Shown here: positions 18,875 to 29,404 of the stretch, piece after piece
Numbering within the stretch: position 1 is the stretch's first letter
How the letters are laid out: each line of letters opens with the position of its first letter
Assembly: GCA_963821525.1 (NCBI GenBank)
Contig: CAWGED010000004.1
Location: 224,001 to 288,000, forward strand
DNA: 64,000 nucleotides
Reading direction: 5' to 3'
Source: an uncultured Gemmatimonadales bacterium
Lineage (GTDB): Bacteria; Gemmatimonadota; Gemmatimonadetes; Gemmatimonadales; GWC2-71-9
Notes under the pieces: model-generated
Databases searched by the model: none
What the model saw: the letters and a program-made list of their open reading frames with translations, nothing else
Told to the model about the DNA's origin: nothing
Position numbers and translations under genes: made by a program

Positions 18875-21800
18875 CTAGCGCGACGCCTCGAGAGCCTGGA
18901 TCCGCTCCTCCACGTGACGGCGCCGCTCCGCGAAAATCGGATCGGCATGTTGCCAGGCCTCCGCGACTCGACGAAAACAGGCGACGTGCGCTGTCTCGCT
19001 TACCGGCCGCATCGTAGGCGCGGCCTGCCAATTCGAAGAGATCGGTCCGTGTTACGTAGGTGTTGGGACCATCGAACGGCCCGCGCAAAGCAGATTCTGC
19101 CAGAGCGGCAGCGTCAAGTGGCCGTTTGAGCTGCAGCAACACCTGGGCGAGCTCGGTGTTGGTGCGAGAGTAGCCATTCACCGGCGAGAAAATGGCGGCT
19201 CGAAACTCGTCTTCGGCTTCAGTGAACCGACCGCGAGCGGCCAGCAGCAGGCCACGGACATGATGGTGGAGACGCCGATCTCTCCCATAGCCGCTCTGTT
19301 GGCCCCAGAGCTGGACACTGTCGGCGATCCGGTCCAGCAGTACGGTATCGCCCGCGGTTGCGAGTGCCTCGGCTCGCAACGTCTGAGTCCAGGCCCGGTG
19401 CCGCGCCTTCCTCGAAGAAGTTTCTCCCCCACCGGACCTGCTGATCGAGTCGAAGAGCGCCGCCGCTTGCCGGTAGCGTCCCAGCTCGAAGTTGACCTGT
19501 GCCTCCCAGAGCGCGCTGTAGGGCGCGGATCCGGCTGGGAGGCGCTCGGGCTCGCCGGCCACATTCGGCCATGGGCCCGCCGCAGGAGAGCGGCAGTCTC
19601 CGCCGCCTCACTGAGCCGGCCCTGGATTCGGAGGCTGTTGGTGAGCCACTCGAGATTCGCTGCCCGGGCAGCCGGATCCCCCTCCTGGATCTGTTCCCGG
19701 AAGTACTGATCGGCCCTCGCATAGTCCCCCGACCGGAGTCGGAGCCACATCCGGAACGGAATCTGATTGAGGTGTGGGGCAAGTCCTGCCACAGTTTGAT
19801 TGGCCGCAAGGGCTTCTGGAAAGCGTCCGGCCGAGTAATAGACCCCAGCCAGATTATCCCAGGCGACGAAAGACCCTGGCTGAGTGCGAGTCCACTGGCG
19901 CGCCACCCGTTCGGCGGCGGGAAAGGAATCGGCGAAGACATAGGCTCCGATGATTTCTATCAGAGCGCCGCACGCGAGACATCGGGCCGGGGCTTCGTTC
20001 GATCGGGGATCGAGGCGAAGACTGCTCGAATCCATCTCGATTACTCGGGCGAGGGGTTTCAACGCACCGAGAAAATCGCCGTCCCAGATCAGGGCGTGGC
20101 CCAGGAAGAGATAGCCTTCTGGTTCGGTGGGGTAACGGACGGTGAGCGTCTCTGCGATGGCGAGGCGGGAGGGGTCGTCAGTCGCATCGGCCCAGCCTCC
20201 CTCGATGAGCAGCCGCTCATGATCGGAGGCGTGCTGGGCGAGTCGCACCGCGCGTTCCATCGCGGGGATCATCCGGTCACGATCGGCTCCGTACGATAGC
20301 GCGAGGTAGTAGGCCGCCATTGCAAAGCTGGAATCCTCCTGCAGGGCGGACTCCAGGAGATCGAGTCGCGCCCGGCTTTCCACTAAAGAGCGCCCGGAGC
20401 CCTCGTTCGTACAGCCGGTATGCCGCGAGGGAGGAGGTTGTCGCCTCGGCCAGCGATGAACTGGGCCGCTCTCCTCCCAGGTTCGCGACCAGCTCGCGAG
20501 TGCCGCTTTCCACCAGGGCGAATAGATCCTTCCCCTCGACGCTGTAGGCCTGCCGGAGATTTCCGCTCTCGATGTCGGTTCTTCTCAAGTCGAGCCGAAG
20601 ACGTCCACCACCCATATCGAACAGGGTGCCGTCCAGCAGCTCGGTGGCTCCCGCTTCCTGCGCCGCGCGAAAGACCGCTCCCGCGCTGTCCGAGCGTGGG
20701 CCCGCTCTTTCCTAATAGGTCATACATGCGCGCCGTGCTGATGACCTGAAGACCGGGGGAGCGCGCCAGATCGGTTGCCAGCATGTCGGCGAGCGGACGC
20801 CCCAGCTCCTGATCGCTCTTGGTGTAGTCGGTGATCAACCCCACGGCCACAACCGGTGGCTTCCGTTGTCCTGGAAAGCGGCCCGTCATCAAGGCGAGCA
20901 GAATCCCCAGCATGAGCAGCAGCTGCAACCATTCCCGTCGCCATGGCGAGGGGTCGAGTGATTCGCCGCTTCGTTGTCCGGAGCGGCCGAGGGAGCAACT
21001 CCCAATCCGGACCGGAACGTTGCGCCGGCTCCGGTTCAGGGATGGCTCGATCAGGGGCCGGACGAGGTCGAGCGTACTCGTCGGTGTGGGGTGAAATCGG
21101 TTGTCTGAGCGGCGGTGTCGGTGGCGGAGGGGCTTGAGGCTTTGCGGCAGGCGCCGGTGGCGCGGACGCCGGCGTGAGTCCCGGTGTCGTGGTTACTTGC
21201 CGCTTGAGCGATGCCGCGTAGACCACGACCTCAGGCTCAACGTCGAGATCGAGTTCCTGGCGGCACAGCGTCTCGAAGACTCGATAGTGTTGCAGGGCCG
21301 CGCTTCGGTCGCCGCTCGCGACCAGTGCCTTCATCAAACCCAGCGCCACCTGCCCATTATGGGGATCCACGGTGGCGAGCTTCCGCCACCAAACAATGGC
21401 GGCCCGGGATTCCCCCCGAGCCGCGGCGGCTGCGGCCAGCTCCTCGAGCGCGCCGGCGTACTGATTCTGAAACGTGGCTCTTTCGATTTCTACCCAACGC
21501 TCGAATTCCGGCGCTTCCGGCACATAGAAGCCGTCCAGAAAGGGTCCGGAATAACACGACACGGCCCGCTCTAGCTGGACCGCCTCAATGGCTTTTTGAA
21601 AGTCGAGCCTGTCGCTGGTCATCAGGTCGGGATTCAGGCGGACCTCGTTACTGCCCAGAAACAGGTCTTCCTCTCCCAAGTCCCGGCGCAGGGCGTATAG
21701 CGCCTGAGTCAGTATTCGACGCGCCTTCTCCGGCTCGCTTTCTGGCCACAGGAAACCGAGGATCTTGTCGCGGGTGAGTCCCCGGTCTCCCGCCCCATCC

Positions 21801-21904
21801 AGGAGAGCGAGCAGGGCAAGCCGTCTCCGCTGAGCCCCCGCTCCCTCTGCAGGACCTTGACCCCGCTCGATGGATAGCCCGCCGAAGACTTTTAGTCGCA
21901 GCAC
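18875..21904 (-). CDS. SARP/BTAD transcriptional activator with TM, TolB-N-like and TPR region (several frameshifts)
   Basis: LRLKVFGGL, RDKILGFLWPE, LTQALYALRR, YSGPFLDGF, FERWVE, LMKAL; ORFs 20720-21904, 20383-20928, 20277-20615, 19178-20383 and 18825-19562 tile one protein. Confidence 0.8.
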
Positions 21905-22052
21905 GTTACGCGAGTTGATCCGGAGTTGATACCGACGACGACTGGCAGGTGATGGCGCGCCCTAGTGTATCCGTCGTCGCACGGGTGATCAAGCGCCAGA
22001 ACTGAGACCGGGAGGGTCCGTTGCCGAAGGTTCCACTGACCGAGGTGCTTCG

Positions 22053-22511
22053 GTGAGGGTAACGGTGGGTCTCGTCACCCTGGCCCTGGGGGCGAACGGG
22101 TGTAACCGCGAAGCGCCCGCTCCAGCCACCACGGTCCGGGTGGTTCTGGAGGATGGAGCGGGTTCCGGCAGTTACGACGCTGTCTCGCAGGATCCGGCCT
22201 GCCTGCCCGGCCTGGTTGGCCCCGGTAGTTGGAGTGTCCAGTTCAGCGATTGGAAGGGTCCGCGGAAAGGACTCCGGAGCCTGCAGCTCGTGATCCCGCA
22301 GTCGGCGGACACTGGACAGTTCTACCTCGGCCTCGTGTTCGGCACGCTGAGCGACGGAGTGGTCTACGAAATCGACACGAGGCAGGAGTCGGTGAGCCAT
22401 GCCGGCTCGGGATCGGTTCAGATCGGAGAAGAAGCAGGTGGAAGCACCCTGACCGTCGTCGGTCAGACCGACAAAGGCACCAAAGTCACTGCTGTTGTTC
22501 GCTGCAGATAA
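22053..22511 (+). CDS. Hypothetical lipoprotein
   Basis: LALGANGC lipobox-like signal; GAGG RBS. Confidence 0.65.
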   Translation: MRVTVGLVTLALGANGCNREAPAPATTVRVVLEDGAGSGSYDAVSQDPACLPGLVGPGSWSVQFSDWKGPRKGLRSLQLVIPQSADTGQFYLGLVFGTLSDGVVYEIDTRQESVSHAGSGSVQIGEEAGGSTLTVVGQTDKGTKVTAVVRCR

Positions 22512-22753
22512 ACCATGCCGGGCTCTCGGAGCCGCCCAAGGAGAGGATCATGAATCGTAATACCGCCGGCCTGTGGTGCATGGTCACGCAGTTCAAGGTG
22601 GATCCTGCGTGAACCCGGTGCGGGCCTTTCTCGGATCGTGGCTGCTGCTCGCCCGGGAAGGACGATCGGGCAGTGACGCCCTGCTGTTGCGCTACGCCAA
22701 TACCGATGCTTCGGCATTCTATCCCTGGAACATGGACTGAAAGGACGCAACCA

Positions 22754-24689
22754 ATGGCGAGGATACGACAGGCACTACTGGCAGGCGTCCTTCTGGCCGC
22801 CGCGTGCGGCGGCGGCGACAATGGCGGGACCAACCCACCGCCGGGCGGCGGCAACCGTGAGTGGACCGTCATGGTGTACATGGCGGCCGATAACAGTCTC
22901 GCGGCGCAAGGCGTCTTCGACATGGACGAGATGGAGGCGGCCGGCGTCACGACGAGCATTACCACGGTCGTGCAAGCCGAGTTTAGTCCGGACGTCATCG
23001 CGCAGTACAACGGCTGCGACGCTTCGTGCTTCAACCGCCCCAACTTCAACACCTTCCGTTATGAGATCACGGGGCAGGGCACTGATGTAAACGGGCCCAA
23101 CGGTCCGGCGACGGATATCGGGAACGTTGACATGACGAGTCCCACTACGCTGAAGAACTTCATCGATTACGCGAAGGCGACGTATCCGGCGAACCACTAT
23201 CTCCTGGTTTTGTGGAATCATGGTGGCGGTTACACCGGCCTGATCCAGGACCAGACGTCATCGGGCAGTGGACTCATGTCGGTGGACGAGCTCAAGACCG
23301 CCCTCACCGGCAGCGGGATCGACGTCCTCGACTTCGACATGTGTCTCATGGCAGGTTACGAGACCCTGGTGAAGGTGGGTGACCTGGTCAGCCAGGTGGT
23401 ATTCTCGGAAGAGGTCGTCCCGGGAGCCGGCAATCCGTATAGCCTCGATCATCGACGGACTCCAGGCCGATCCCACGATGACTCCGCGCGAGGTGTCACA
23501 ACTCATCGTAGACCGGTTCGATGCCTCCTATCAGGGAGACAAGGCCTCTACCACGATCTCGGCCTACGATATGGCCCAGCTCCAGACCTTTCTCTCGGCC
23601 GTGAACGACGTGGGAACGGAACTCTCGGCCGGGCTCCCCGCAGTCGGGGCCGAGGTTAGTCAGGCCGCTGCTGCGAGCCAGAAGTACACCATTCCCGAGC
23701 TCACCGACATCGGGAGTTTTGTTGATCATCTGACTCCGCTCGTGGCGGGCCAGACTCAGTTGCTGAACAAGCTGGCAGCCCTCAAGACGGCGGCGACCGC
23801 GCCTGCCTTTCGGATCGCCAGCAAGGCCCGAAACGGTGTCGGCGGTCAGGGTGAGCCGGACGTCAGCGGATCCACCGGCATCAATATCGTGATGCCCAGT
23901 GGTCTTGACCCGGACGTTTTCAACGCAACCGGTTCGAGAAGTCTCGCGGCCTACCATGCGGCGTATAATGGATTGGCGTGGGAATCCTTCATCTCCTCGT
24001 ACGTGAATGGCGGCGGTCAGGGCACGACGGCTACCATCGATCAGGGAGACGGGACCCAGCTGGAGACCTACCTGGTGTGGGATAACAATGCGATCGCGGC
24101 CGGCGCCGATGTGGACTTCTGGGTGCTCGAACCGGATGGCAACCTCTATATCCCATACGTCGGAAGCGTCTCCCCCAACGGGACCTTCTCCAGCGATTCA
24201 CGCGACGCCGGGGTCAATTTCGAGGGCTACCTGACTAACCGGTATGTGCAGGTCGGCGAGTACAAGATCTACGCGAACCTGTGGACCGATCCCCAGGACT
24301 TCCGTCCGCAATACGATCTGGCCTATCGAACCGATCAGACGGTCGATTTCCAACTCCTGTACGCTCCGAACTTCCCCCAGCTCTCGACGGTGAATTCGGT
24401 GGAGAATGATCCCACCCCCACCCTCGCCGAAGCGGAAAACGGGGCCTACACCGATCTACAGTATGTTGCCATACAGACCTATCCCGCCCCGCCGGCCCCG
24501 CTCGGTGTCGCGCGAGGTCTCTCGCGCAGGCCGAGCACCAACCACCACGACCTCACCGCCGCACAGGTGGCGACGATCAAGAAGTTGCGGGCTACGAGGA
24601 CTGAAGAGGGGACCCAGAGCACCCCGCGTCCGTCGACCCCGCTCGGTCCCTGGCAGCTTACTTTCCCGACCAGGCGAGGTGCACAATGA
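22754..24689 (+). CDS. Clostripain-family (C11) cysteine peptidase lipoprotein (frameshift near 23440)
   Basis: LAAAC lipobox; EWTVMVYMAADN, YPANHYLLVLWNHGGG (His), FDMCLM (Cys), SEEVVPG; continues in ORF 23379-24689. Confidence 0.88.
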
Positions 24690-25091
24690 AGCCGGCACTA
24701 CTGGGCCTCACACTGATCATCCTGGGTGCTTGCCGTTCGGCGAACGGAGGCGGCGCTCAAACACCCGCTCCGGGGCCACCGACCAACGCCACCGTTCACG
24801 AATTGCTGGCGAGCAATGCGCTGGTAGGACGAATGGTTGAAGTCACCGGTCGCTGCCTGGGATATTCGTCGCCCACGGTGGCGCAGGGATCGCCGCCGGT
24901 CACGAGGAGCGATTGGCAACTGGAAGACGGCGGCGAGGCGATCTGGGTCACCGGCCCGATGCCTGAGTGGCTGCACGGCGACGGAACCGGCGGCAGAGCC
25001 GAGCACGATTCAGGCGACGGTCGCCCAGGACGAGCTGCCCGATCTCGGAGGGTACGGCAAGACAATGCGGCGGTACCTCGTTCGGAAGTAG
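24686..25091 (+). CDS. Hypothetical lipoprotein, possibly OB-fold (frameshift near 24965)
   Basis: ILGAC lipobox; ATGA overlap with the peptidase; tail continues as GCTATEPAAEPST...LVRK*. Confidence 0.6.
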
Positions 25092-25104
25092 GCAGGGAGC
25101 CTGA

Positions 25105-25148
25105 AAACGAAACCCTCCGGCAATTTTCACCGGAGGGTTTTCGATTTC
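25105..25148. terminator. Bidirectional intrinsic terminator
   Basis: GAAACCCTCCGG-loop-CCGGAGGGTTTTC between convergent genes. Confidence 0.8.
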
Positions 25149-25166
25149 AGCAGGTTAAGGCGAGAG

Positions 25167-26006
25167 CTAGTTCACTTCCCGTTGTTTCCGCTTTGATACC
25201 TCATCCAGGAAGCGGCGCTCCTCCGGGGTCAGGCTCGCGATGCCCTTGGCGCTGATCTTGTCCAGCACCCGATCCATTTCGGCTGCAACCGGATCGGATC
25301 CCGGACGAGGGACTTGGCGAATCGGTGCGGCTCCTCTCGACTCAGCGTCTCGGGAAGGAGTCTGTACCATGACGACTCGCTCGACCTGCCTGGGCTGGGG
25401 AGCCGGGCGCCGCTGGCGGAGCGCCGACAGCCGGAAGTAGAGCCATCCGAACAGCAGGCCGCCCAGGTGGGCTTCGTGCGCGATGCCGTCCGACGTGACC
25501 CTCGCGAGCACGAGGTCAATCAGCGCCAGAACGATGATCAGGGTCCGAGCCTTGATGGGAATCGGAATCGGAAAGACCATCACATCGGCATCGGGCCAGT
25601 AGGCCGCGAACGCCAGCGCCACACCCATTACCGCACCCGAGGCGCCGATGAACGGGACCAGCGGGGTCAACTGACTGAGGCCGAGCGCGAACAGCGCCGC
25701 GCCCACGCCACAATAGAGATAGAAAAGGAAGAAGTGCCGAGACCCCATGCGGGCCTCGACCGCGGTGCCGAAGAGGTAGAGAACCAACATGTTCGCGGCC
25801 AGATGCAGCAGGCCGGCGTGGACGAACATGTAGGTGAACAGGGTCCACGGAGCCCGGAGTCCGCGAGCCGGATCCAGTCTGAGTGTGGCGACTACGGCGT
25901 CGGAAGTGAAAAGCGTGGCCAGCAGCAGTTGCACGACTACACACGCCGCGATGAGTCGAGCCACCACGGGGGTCGGTCTGGGCAGGGAAGGGTTGCTGAT
26001 GGCCAT
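25167..26006 (-). CDS. Rhomboid intramembrane serine protease with C-terminal DUF6576-like tail
   Basis: WTLFTYMFVH, HLAANM, GASG, AHEAHLGG; DRVLDKISAKGIASLTPEERRFL tail. Confidence 0.93.
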   Translation of the reverse strand: MAISNPSLPRPTPVVARLIAACVVVQLLLATLFTSDAVVATLRLDPARGLRAPWTLFTYMFVHAGLLHLAANMLVLYLFGTAVEARMGSRHFFLFYLYCGVGAALFALGLSQLTPLVPFIGASGAVMGVALAFAAYWPDADVMVFPIPIPIKARTLIIVLALIDLVLARVTSDGIAHEAHLGGLLFGWLYFRLSALRQRRPAPQPRQVERVVMVQTPSRDAESRGAAPIRQVPRPGSDPVAAEMDRVLDKISAKGIASLTPEERRFLDEVSKRKQREVN

Positions 26007-26011
26007 TGCTC

Positions 26012-27055
26012 TTAACTACTTAAACCCGATGAAGTTACCTTTTGTTCCGGCGGGAAGCCCGCTCGTGTTGCCCGACAGATCCTCTCACACAGGTCCGCAA
26101 ACTCAATGCCCGCTGCCTTCGCCGCTTTGGGGAAGAGGCTGGCCGAGGTGAGGCCCGGAAGGGTGTTGACCTCTAAACAGAACAATCCCCCGTTGGGTGT
26201 CAAGCGAAAATCGACTCGGGAGTAGCCTCCCAGCTTGAGAACGCGGTGTGAGATGACGCTCAGCCGGCCGGACTCCGCAGCGACCGATTCGGAAACGTCC
26301 GCGGGGAAGATTTCCTCGGACATTCCCTGAGTGTACTTGCACTCGTAGTCAAAGATCTCGTGCTTGGGAATGATTTCCCCTACCGGCAGTGCCTGGCCCT
26401 CGAGAATGCCGACAGTCAGCTCCCGCCCGGGAATGAATTGTTCGATCATCACCTCGTCATCGAACTCACTCGCGTACCAGACTGCTGCTTCCAAATCTTC
26501 GGGCCGTTTCACCACAGTCAATCCTACGGTAGACCCCTGTTTCGAAGGTTTTACAACGACCGGCCAGCCGAGTTCCTTGGTCACGTCTCCCGCGGAAACC
26601 GGAGCCATCAGCCAGGGGGCGGTTGGCACGCCCGCGTCGCGGAACAGCCGTTTGGAGACGTCCTTATCCATGGCCAGCGCACTGCCCAGCGAGCGGCTGC
26701 CGGTGTAAGGCACCCCAATGGTGTCGAGCAGGGCCTGAATCGTCCCGTCTTCCCCTCGCCCTCCGTGCAGCGCGAGGAACAGCACATCGGCCTCCTGGAC
26801 TTCCCGCAGAGCACCGAGTCCTGATAGAAGGAACGCTCGTTCCCGGGCGACCAGTTCCCGAGTCGATGGCGGGGTGGTGCCGACGCTCCCCTTGAGTACC
26901 CCGCGCTCTTCCTCCGGGGAGAGCACTCCGGTCACCGTGTCCACCACTGCAACCTGATGTCCCCGCTCGCGCAGCCCGCCCACGATCTGCACCGCGCTGG
27001 CGAAGGCGACGTCCCGCTCCTCGGACGAGCCGCCGGTGAGGACGGTGATTTTCAC
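26012..27055 (-). CDS. ddl: D-alanine--D-alanine ligase
   Basis: GGSSEERDV, ALHGGRGEDG, GVPYTGS, MDK, VVKP..GSTVG, EQFIPGRE, DYECKY, SRVDF, EVNTLPG; GTG start at 27055 in frame with the upstream GxxExxY ORF. Confidence 0.93.
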   Translation of the reverse strand: MKITVLTGGSSEERDVAFASAVQIVGGLRERGHQVAVVDTVTGVLSPEEERGVLKGSVGTTPPSTRELVARERAFLLSGLGALREVQEADVLFLALHGGRGEDGTIQALLDTIGVPYTGSRSLGSALAMDKDVSKRLFRDAGVPTAPWLMAPVSAGDVTKELGWPVVVKPSKQGSTVGLTVVKRPEDLEAAVWYASEFDDEVMIEQFIPGRELTVGILEGQALPVGEIIPKHEIFDYECKYTQGMSEEIFPADVSESVAAESGRLSVISHRVLKLGGYSRVDFRLTPNGGLFCLEVNTLPGLTSASLFPKAAKAAGIEFADLCERICRATRAGFPPEQKVTSSGLSS

Positions 27056-27490
27056 GAATGCAGCCGCGGATGAACGCGGATCAGGCGGAATCTGCTTTCT
27101 TGAGTTCGTGAAGGCCATTCTCTTGAACTCCGCTTTTGGTCCGAAGTTGAGCAGGAGGCCGACTTCAATGTCGGTCGCCCTAAGTGCATTCAGTAGTTGA
27201 GCGATGTGGGAGGCCTCAAGCGCTCGAGCAGCCTTTAGCTCCACAATAACCCGATCCTCTACCACAAGATCAGCTCGAAACCTTCCGACTCGCTGACGTT
27301 GAAACCAGACTTGCAACTCCGCTTGCCGACATACTCGGAGTCCCGACCTCTCGAGTGCAATCGTCAAGGCAGACTCGTAGACCGACTCAAGGAATCCATA
27401 ACCCAGCTCGTTGTAGACCAGATAGAAGGCCGAAAGGATTTCTCCAGTCAGTTTCTCGTGCGCCAAGCCGGTGCTGGATTGGCCAGTCAT
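27056..27490 (-). CDS. GxxExxY protein (PD-(D/E)xK nuclease fold), with no stop before ddl
   Basis: LGYGFLESVY (GxxExxY), RADLVVEDRVIVELK, AQLLNAL, GLLLNFG. Confidence 0.92.
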
Positions 27491-27592
27491 CCATCAACCT
27501 CGGTGGTTTTGCCCCACGGTGCTGAAACAGTTCCCCGATGTCAAAACCACTCCACCGCGCTCCGAGGCAGAAATCCGCGTTCATCCGCGGCT
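27062..27592 (-). mobile_element. GxxExxY gene cassette bounded by perfect 20-bp inverted repeats
   Basis: AGCCGCGGATGAACGCGGAT (27062-27081) and ATCCGCGTTCATCCGCGGCT (27573-27592); interior appears lower in GC than the flanks; mobility is inferred. Confidence 0.6.
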
Positions 27593-27608
27593 CCTTCTGG
27601 GCTGTTTC

Positions 27609-28997
27609 CTACCGAGTCCCGATCAACTGCTGCAGAACATCGTAACGGCTCACGATCCCGATCAGTTTCCCGTCCTTCTGCACCAGGGCAGCAGGGCTCT
27701 CCCGAGTCAGTAGCGGAGCCAGACGGTCGGTGGAGAGCTGGGCATCCACCACTGGGAAGGGCGGGTCCATGGCCTCACGCACCGGTCGATCCAGCAGTGA
27801 CGGCTGGGCCAGCGCTTGCGTCATGAGCGAGCTCTCCACCAGGCCGCCGATGCATTTGCCATCCTCGACGACGGGGATCTGGCTCACTTCCCAGGTGCTC
27901 ATGAGGTTGAGCGCCTGGCGAACCGCGGCTGCTGGTGCAAGGCTCACTAGGGCCGGTGCATTGCCGTGCCGCCGAGCGAGCAGCTCCTCGACCGTGACTC
28001 GGGGGACCTCGAGCAGCTGGTTCTCCTGCATCCACTCGTCATTGAACACTTTGGAGAGATAGCGCTCCCCGGTGTCGCAGAGCAGGGTGACTACGACGGC
28101 CTCCGGATCATCCAATTCGCGAGCCACCTCGAGAGCGACAGCAACATTCAAACCGGATGATCCGCCAGTCAGGAGCCCCTCTTCCCGGGCGAGACGCCGC
28201 GCCATGGCCATCGAGGTCCGGTCCGATACCTGACGAAACTCGTCTACGACGTCGAACCAGAGGGTCGTAGGAATCTTGTCTCCCCCAATGCCCTCCACCT
28301 TGTATGGGTGTCCCTCGCCCATGGCGCGGGTTTTCGAATAGCCGGTATAGAGTGAACCCTGGGGATCCCCGGCGATCACCCGAATCTTCGGATTCTTCTC
28401 CTTGAGAAACTTCCCGGCCCCGCTCACCGTGCCGCCCGTCCCCGGCGCCGCAACGAGGTGGGTGATCCGTCCTTCGGTCTGGGCCCAGATTTCCGGGCCG
28501 GTGGTCCGGTAGTGCGCCTCGGGATTCACCTGATTGTAGAACTGGTTCGCCAGGATCGCCCCGGGAGTCTCGGCGACGATCTGCTTGGCCTTCATCACAT
28601 AGTTGTCCGGGTGATCGGGCGGGACGGCTGTCGGGGTGATGACCACCTCGGCGCCGTAGGCCTTCAGCAGCCGTACCTTTTCCTGCGACATCTTGTCCGG
28701 CATCGTGAAGATGCAGCGGTAGCCCTTGAGTGCAGCCGCGATCGCAAGCCCGACGCCAGTATTGCCCGACGTGCCCTCCACGATAGTCCCGCCGGGTTTC
28801 AGCTCTCCCTTCCGCTCCGCGTCCTCGATGATCGCGAGACCAATCCGATCCTTGACCGAGCCCCCAGGGTTGGCGTATTCCGCCTTTCCGTAGATCAGGG
28901 TGCGAATTCCACTCCCGATCCGCGCCAGCCGGATGAGCGGGGTCCATCCGATGGTCTCGAGCACCGAGTCGTAGGCGCGAAGATGTGGCGGGGTCAC
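27609..28997 (-). CDS. Cystathionine beta-synthase (PLP enzyme plus CBS domains)
   Basis: IGWTPL, NPGGSVKDRI, EGTSGNTG, MSQEK, GTGGT, YKVEGIG, CDTGERYLSK; C-terminal CBS pair. Confidence 0.92.
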   Translation of the reverse strand: MTPPHLRAYDSVLETIGWTPLIRLARIGSGIRTLIYGKAEYANPGGSVKDRIGLAIIEDAERKGELKPGGTIVEGTSGNTGVGLAIAAALKGYRCIFTMPDKMSQEKVRLLKAYGAEVVITPTAVPPDHPDNYVMKAKQIVAETPGAILANQFYNQVNPEAHYRTTGPEIWAQTEGRITHLVAAPGTGGTVSGAGKFLKEKNPKIRVIAGDPQGSLYTGYSKTRAMGEGHPYKVEGIGGDKIPTTLWFDVVDEFRQVSDRTSMAMARRLAREEGLLTGGSSGLNVAVALEVARELDDPEAVVVTLLCDTGERYLSKVFNDEWMQENQLLEVPRVTVEELLARRHGNAPALVSLAPAAAVRQALNLMSTWEVSQIPVVEDGKCIGGLVESSLMTQALAQPSLLDRPVREAMDPPFPVVDAQLSTDRLAPLLTRESPAALVQKDGKLIGIVSRYDVLQQLIGTR

Positions 28998-29404
28998 GGC
29001 GTCAGCCCTCCGGATTCCGGATGGCGGAAATGTACCGGTTGCAGAAAGAGCGTGGCCACCGGGTCCCCATTCCTGAGGGCCGGTGCGAAGCGAAAAGTCG
29101 GCGCGGCACGAATGGCGGCCGAGTCCAGCAAGGGATAACCGCTCGACTCGGCGATCCTGGTGGATTCGGGGACCACGGTGCCCGCGGTATCCACGAACAT
29201 GCGAAGGATCACTTTCCCCTCGATTCTCTGCGCGAACAGCGCCGGAGGGTATTCCACTGGCGACTCGGGGCTTACCATCACCGGCGGCTCATCTCCGCTC
29301 ACCACCGGAGTCTGATCGGGAAGTTTCACGGTTCCGTTATCTGGTTTGGAACACGCCAGTGCCAGGCAGGCGGTGGCCACCCATTGAACAGGTCGGATCG
29401 TCAT
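28994..29404 (-). CDS. Short TonB C-terminal-domain protein with lipoprotein-like signal
   Basis: YPPALFAQRIEGKVILRMFVD..G, SSGYPLLDSAA, RFAPA..NGDPV; LALAC. Confidence 0.85.
   Translation of the reverse strand: MTIRPVQWVATACLALACSKPDNGTVKLPDQTPVVSGDEPPVMVSPESPVEYPPALFAQRIEGKVILRMFVDTAGTVVPESTRIAESSGYPLLDSAAIRAAPTFRFAPALRNGDPVATLFLQPVHFRHPESGGLTP

Noticed and set aside
27062..27592. Classical IS element
   Set aside because: No DDE, HUH or serine transposase and no target-site duplication; retained only as an atypical repeat-bounded cassette
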